DNA of 64,000 nucleotides from the human T2T-CHM13v2.0 reference genome, Homo sapiens. A program made the translations under genes and the position numbers. The stretch lies in the NCBI RefSeq assembly GCF_009914755.1, contig NC_060929.1. The stretch is one strand, 5' to 3'. Below, piece by piece: positions 57,490-64,000 of the stretch (position 1 is the first letter of the stretch; each line of letters starts with the position of its first letter). The notes beneath the pieces are model-generated. The model ran no database searches. It was given only the letters and a program-made list of their open reading frames with translations, and was not told where the DNA came from.

Positions 57490-57722
57490 ATTAGTGGGGC
57501 ACCAACTCTTTGCTAGGTACAGGGCATAACATAATGTATAACACTGACATGGCCCATGCCTTCATGGAGCTTACAGTCTAGTGAAGAAGGTAGACATGTC
57601 TAAAAAATTAATTGTTATAAAGCCAAGGAAGAAAACAAACCATGCACTAGGAAAAATAGGGACTGTTTACCCATTTGGATGAAGGAGATGTTAGGGAAGG
57701 CTTTCTTGAGTAAGTGACATTT
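57490..57722 (-). mobile_element. L2 fragment
   Basis: 'gcccatgccttcatggagcttacagtctagtg', 'agggaaggctttcttgagtaagtgacattt'. Confidence 0.75.
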
Positions 57723-58072
57723 CTTCACCCTTCAGCTTCAGTTTAAAATTTCAATGTCAGGGAATCCCTTCCTTAACATCTCACTTAAAAAAACTCTTCT
57801 AGGGTACTTTTTCCTAGCACTCCCTCCCATTGTCCTTATTTTCATGTTTATCCATGCCCCACATGAGTTAGATTGGGTTTAATGTATTGCTTATATTTAT
57901 GGCAATCTCATCTCTGTGTCATAGCTCTGACAAAAATAAAGTGAAGGTAAATGTTTGCATTTGCTTCCACCACACAGTGCAAATTTCATGAAGACGTCAT
58001 ACTCTTCTTCATAAATGCACGTTTCAATGCAGCAAATAGTATGTGTTCAATAAATGCTTTCCTGAACTGAAA
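57723..58072 (+). mobile_element. L2 fragment
   Basis: 'cttcagtttaaaat...cagggaatcccttcctt' ... 'tagtatgtgttcaataaatgctttcctgaactgaa'. Confidence 0.5.
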
Positions 58073-58380
58073 TAATAATCACACTTAAGATCTTTCAAAT
58101 CTATCGGAACAAACCATTTTTCATCTCATATTTGCCATCTTTCATTTTCTCTGTCAATACTTACCATTGGCTATAAGCCAGGTAGGGTAGTTGGCACCAA
58201 CAAGATAACTGTAGTTCCTGCCACCATTGGACTTACTTATTCTGAGTCTAATACGCATATTCGATTCATATTAGAACTCCTCTATGAGCTAACAGCATTT
58301 GAGGATACAGTCCCATTTTCATCATATCATTGTATAATAACTGCTCAAAATACATTGATCAGTGTTTGACACTTCCCGAT

Positions 58381-58741
58381 TGTATTAGCCCATTCTCATG
58401 CTCCTAATAAAGACATAACAGAGACTGGGTAATTTATAAAGAAAAAAGGTTTAATTGAGTCTCAGATCCACATGGCTGGGGAGGCCTCAGGAAACTTACA
58501 GTCATGGTAGAAGGCACCTCTTCACAGGGTGGCAGGAAGAGAATGAGTGCCAAGGAAAGGGGGGAGCCCCTTATGAAACCATCAGATCTCGTGAGAACTT
58601 ACTATCATGAGAACAGCAGCATGGGGGTAACCACCTCCATGATTCAGTTACCTCCCACTGGCTCCCTCCCATGACATGTGGGGATTATGAGAACTACGAT
58701 TCAAGATGAGATTTGGGTCGGAACACAGCCAAACCATTTCA
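58381..58741 (-). mobile_element. THE1 (THE1C-like) MaLR solo LTR, complete
   Basis: 'tgtattagcccattctcatgct...gagactgggtaatttataaag' ... 'gatgagatttgggtcggaacacagccaaaccatttca'; TSD ccgat/ctaat (difference explicable by CpG decay). Confidence 0.93.
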
Positions 58742-60319
58742 CTAATTTTGTCCTGGATTTCCTATAGGAACCTTCAATATAGAGCATGCATATAAATAGT
58801 GAGAGGAAAAAGCAGTAAGAGAAAGCAGAAAGAGTACATTTGAGGGTTATGAGAGAAATATATAGTGCATGTGCACACACACACACACATGGCTTTGGTC
58901 TCATTAAGTATTCCCTACCCCCAATGCATGTGCTAAACATAACTTTGGAAAATGAGTCAAGGATATTTCTAATGTGGGGTTTTAATCAATAGCCAATGTA
59001 TCAATGAAGTGTCATAGTAGTCATTAGTAATATCAATCTCTCTGGCCTTGCTAAGCTTGGTATGCAAGGTCTGTATTTTGGTTTTATACATCAGGTAATT
59101 GTTCTATAATTTGTACATTCTGTGTAACAAACTGTTTCTTCCTTCTCATATCCCACTTTTAAAAGAAGTGACACATGTGTTACCATCAAAGATTTGAAAC
59201 AAATAGTGCAGTAAGTTTTAAGTCATTTTTTCCTCTTTATAGCTCAATACTAGGGAGATATTAAAACTAGAGTGATAAGAGTACTAGGTGGTCTGGGAGA
59301 GCAAATGTGCCACCATGGAAGTATTTCATGAGAAGTGAAAATCTGATCTTTCATAGAGGAGATCATAGAGTTTCCATTCCATGTAAACCACATGTTCCTG
59401 TATTCACCCAGAACAGGTTCTTCCAGCAAATAATCATGTTTAATGGAAAAGCTAAATTATAAGCCTCTAAATGTCTAAATACGTATTAGGAAACACAAGA
59501 TTTAAGTGAATTAACTGGATTCCCTAAAAGCAGAAAAATTAAATTTTCTAACAGAAGGTAATGCTTTTTGTTTGTTTTGTTTTGTCTTTTTCTTTCTTGG
59601 TATATTTGAGAACATTTCTCAAATGATCAGCTAAGTAAAAATGTCCAGGGAGGTTTCATGTGATAAATTGGTGAAAATTCATTGCTGCTGAATAGAGTTA
59701 ATGAAAGATTTTCCGAGCAAGACACTATGGTAGAATCTAATATGTATAAATTAAATCTTCTACTTAGAAACATACTAATAAAAGCAATGAATTAAACATC
59801 AGGACCAAGAGATTTGGGCTTATTAATATAGTGTAACTCTATTTAGTAAACCCTAATTTGCTGAACACTGATGTTACCAGTAAAATTAATAAATAGAAAA
59901 AAGTGTATCCAGCAATATCCAGATGTATCATATATTAAACTTTAAAATTTAATGAAGATATCGTATAATATTAAAAGTTCGAGTAAAAGAAACTTGATAA
60001 TTTTGAACAAGTTCCTGGTGTGATAGCTATCTGAACCATAAGAAAGCATATTACCAATGTTAAACTGCCAATCACGTTTTGCAGGTTTTAATCAGCAAGG
60101 ATGAGTTCTCAGAAAGAAAAATATCTCATTTATCTCTCAAAATTTCCAAGTCATCTAGGGATACACCATGTACTGGTATTGAATACCAACAATGTAATGA
60201 ACATTTTCACAATACATTGAAGATATGAGAGTAATAAAGATGTTTCTTTTTCTTTCTTTTTTTCTATTCAGTCATTATAGTAATTATTCTTACACTAGAG
60301 TTTTAATGAAATATGCAAT

Positions 60320-60440
60320 GGAGTTTTGAATGCCTTTTAAATGTCAGGCATTGTTCTAGGTTCTGGGGATACAAAGGTGACTGAGACAGCCACGGTACCA
60401 GCCATTATGAAACAGGTACTTTAAAAGGAAAAAAATAAAT
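60320..60440 (-). mobile_element. L2 3' fragment
   Basis: 'ttgaatgcc...atgtcaggcattgttctaggttctggggataca'. Confidence 0.75.
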
Positions 60441-61529
60441 ACACAAAATCATAAGTAAGACAAAAAATAATTAAAAATGGTTTGGTGAAATATAAAATAT
60501 GCATGGTGGAAGAGGACCTAGATCAGGTCACTTTTCTGTGACCTATAAGTATATACCAACATAGGAATACAAAATGCAAACTTGTTTATAATAGATTTGC
60601 TTACTCCTATTTAATTATGACTTAAGACCAATTGGGAGGCATTTCCATGTTTCTCCAAATCCAGTATTAATTCATCTAGACATAATGTTCACACATTATA
60701 AAACATTCCAAAAGACTAATTTTGGGGAAAACCTAAACCCAGAATAAATGTCCTTTTAGAAATCAATGCCTACGTTTTGTTTTCCAGAATGACTCCATTG
60801 GAATTTCTTTTCAGAAATCCACTTTGAAGCACTTTTTATTGTCTTTAATAAAATCATTTATCCGTTGGCATCTAAACAGACCAAGTGAGAAAATATTATC
60901 TCATTTACAAGATACACAAGTCAGAAAGGAGCTATGTTATTTTATTTGCTTTTTGTTCTTGTTAATATTATTATTAAAAAAGGGGATGACTTTAGTTTTA
61001 AAAATATTGAGTTTGGAATGAAAAAGGACCATTCAACATAGTCGAAAATGTGAGACAGGATAAAGCAAACAGAACCAGATAATGAGGGTAAAGTTGGAGA
61101 TTTAATTTTGCAAGTTTCTGTCTCTCCCTACCACCCTATAGATATAGAAAACTTCATTTCTGTGGACATTGGTAACCATTGAGAAGAGTGTTCTGAGAAT
61201 GGCAGGTGCCAGATTCCTGGGGAATTAGTCTGAATAAATTACAAGGAGAGGGAAATGGTCCACTGAAATCAGTTTCTAGAGAAGTCTCGTAGTAAACGGC
61301 ACGAATACTATATGGGTTGTGCATAATAACTCAGTGTATTGCACCTGGTTTAGACATACATTTTTAAACATTTGTAACATCACTGATATTGGGATATACT
61401 GTAAAATTGATAATGTCTTAAAATTATAATATTTATTTTCTTAGCAAAGTATAAAATAAGAGTGGCTCTCATATTGATGGTCTTTTAGATTTGAATAATA
61501 ATTGTTTTCTCCACGGTAAAGAAGAGTGA

Positions 61530-61715
61530 ACTACTTGGGAAGTCTTGGGCAAGATAATTAACCTCCGAGTGCCTGAGAGTTTCTGTTTTTAGAATGGAAA
61601 TAACGTAAAAGCAACTCATGCGGCTATGGTGGCCAAATAAGATAAATTATGTAAAAGTACTTTGTAAAATGCAAAGGGTTACAAATATGTAGGGATACAA
61701 TCATCATCATTATTA
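61530..61715 (+). mobile_element. MIR/MIR3 SINE
   Basis: 'cttgggcaagataattaacctcc...tatgtaaaagtactttgtaaaatgcaaag'. Confidence 0.65.
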
Positions 61716-63494
61716 TTCTTTGGCTAAAGAGAACTTGCTCTTTGGCTAGAAAGCATAGTACATTCAAATAGGAAAGCCTGGATTGGATTGTTCTGAAGTT
61801 ATATTAAGGCATCTATCAGCTACAATTCATCCTATAAGACACAACAGAATATAGGCACAAAGTGTAACATGCAAAATTTTATCAAAATATAAAGGTATGT
61901 ATTGAGATTTTAATGTTAGCTTTTACATATAACCCACTGATAATAAAGCATACTAAGTTTGAAGATGCTTAGTCATTTGAATTATTTGATTGGACACAAT
62001 TTTATTTCCTTTTTAATTTTCAAAGTTAAACTTTTTTTGTTATGTACTACTTCCTGCATATTTGCCTGTGTAATCAAATGAAAATTCCACTTTTTTCCCT
62101 ATTTTCTTGCACTATCCAAGAAAGACAGCTATCACCTCAAACGTAGTCTTGTCACCTGTCAGAATCTCGTACTGCCTGAAGATGTAGTATAGGAGATAAA
62201 GAATCTGATTCCACAGTTTCCAGCATCAAAATGGACTGAATGATTGCAGGAACAAAAGGCAGAATTAAACAACCTTACCAGGAGACAGCTTTAGCTTGTG
62301 ACCTTAGGCAATACATTTAATCTCTCTCATTCTCTATCTCTCTTAGACACTCAATCTGTAAAATAAGATTTATGATTTCTGCCAGCACATGTGGTTATGA
62401 AGCGACAATGCATCTATTTTATTGGTCAGAACAGAATCTCCATATATATTTGCAAAAAAGATTTAGGATTTGACTAAAATAAAACCACATGAAAATAAGT
62501 TGAATATTTGTTTATTTAACTGAGTTTTCAACAACAATGGACCTGTGATCTGTTGCATATCAAATAACGCCCCATAGACAGAGAAACTGAGGAAGAAATT
62601 GAGGCTGAGAACAGACCAAGTAAATGGATGAGAATATATCATGCTGGTAAATACCTTCCTCTGGTGATTGAGGCATATGTGAATAAATACAAGAAATACA
62701 GTGAATACTGAGTATATATAAGCTTAGAAAAATTAAAATGTGTTTTTCATTAGGGCCCTCATCTATTTGGAATTAAGGGACTTTTTTTATAATAGGAGGT
62801 GATTTCCTATTTTATGTCTGCTTGCTTGATCTTAAAATTTCAAAATACTTTTACATTAAACCTGATATTTTATAATTACTCCCACATCTGAAAAAAGCAA
62901 ACGTGATACTATTTACAGGAAATTCCTAATAAACATTTCCTTTTGTGGTCATTTCCAATTCTCAGTGTTCCTTTCGCACCCATGACACTTTAGAGATTCC
63001 AATTGTTGCTAATAACAGGTGAAGGTCATTCAATTCCTCACTTATTGCCAGAAAAAGTATTTTACTGCTACTTTCACTGTGTAAGATTCCAGCATTCATC
63101 TCCTTATATTTCATAGAACAGTGAGAAATGTCAAATACAATAAATGGCGCAGTCTTTTAAAAGAATCCCCTTTTAAATGATAGGCATTTAAACACATTGA
63201 TTGTAGAGTTCCTTGAAGGAAACTCTCTCTGTCTAGGGTCATTCTTGTCCAATTCTTCATGGATTTCTCTTTGCCAGAAGGCTTCCCTAAGCTATCAATT
63301 CCATTATGCCACTTTCTAGCTCAACAATCTTTCCATGTTACCTATATCTACATAAAATAAAGTCAAAATGTCTTTCTGTTTTAAGACCCACTGTTATCTC
63401 AAAAAACACTTTCTTCCCAAGGGCATCTTTCTTGACCCCTGAGAAATTAACCCAGGTTTCAGCCAGATTTGCGTGATCATAGAAAGAACAGCCA

Positions 63495-63769
<275 letters not shown>

Positions 63770-63779
63770 CTAATCTGTA

Positions 63780-63960
63780 ATTACTCCCCACATAACCCTA
63801 TAAAATTAAGTGTCTCCATTTTAAGATGAAGGAATTGAAGCTCAGAAAAAAGGAAGCAGTTTTTCTAGTTTTATGTAACTCTTAGTTGATAGAACCAAGA
63901 ATTAAATCCAGATATAATAAATGTGTGTCTCCCTCTACCAGGCTAAGCACAGTCAAAGGA
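63780..63960 (-). mobile_element. MIR SINE
   Basis: 'ctccattttaagatgaaggaattgaagctcaga...agaaccaagaattaaatccag'. Confidence 0.7.
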
Positions 63961-64000
63961 ATACTGTGTGTCTCTGTCCATGCTTTATGCATGTGAAATG

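Noticed and set aside
60240-60275. Strong polypyrimidine tract plus AG (similar ones near 37725, 50395 and 52228)
   Set aside because: No paired donor or reading frame; such tracts are common in AT-rich introns.

Overview
AT-rich primate (human-like) nuclear DNA, identified by AluJ/S/Y, L1PB/L1PA, THE1/MST and MADE1 elements. I find no credible protein-coding exon. The ORF-track entries are L1 ORF2 remnants, Alu or LTR read-throughs, or chance ORFs. The first ~33.5 kb is a dense transposon graveyard. At ~34.2-34.9 kb there is a unique, locally CpG- and GC-richer segment that looks like a promoter plus a non-coding first exon on the + strand. It carries a (CTGC)7 repeat and four short uORFs, and ends in a strong CAG|GTAAGA donor at 34892. 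The rest of the window looks like the start of a long first intron; I cannot name the gene from the sequence alone. The most notable structures are two local non-tandem duplications (~205 bp and ~150 bp), a five-level nested transposon stack, an L1PB with an unusually long (>=32 bp) target duplication, two strong antisense splice donors just upstream of the promoter, and a possible AT-to-GC substitution cluster in an old L1. I see no evidence for a wholly new biological system. Repeat subfamily names come from recalled consensus sequences, not a database search, and the boundaries of ancient repeats are approximate.
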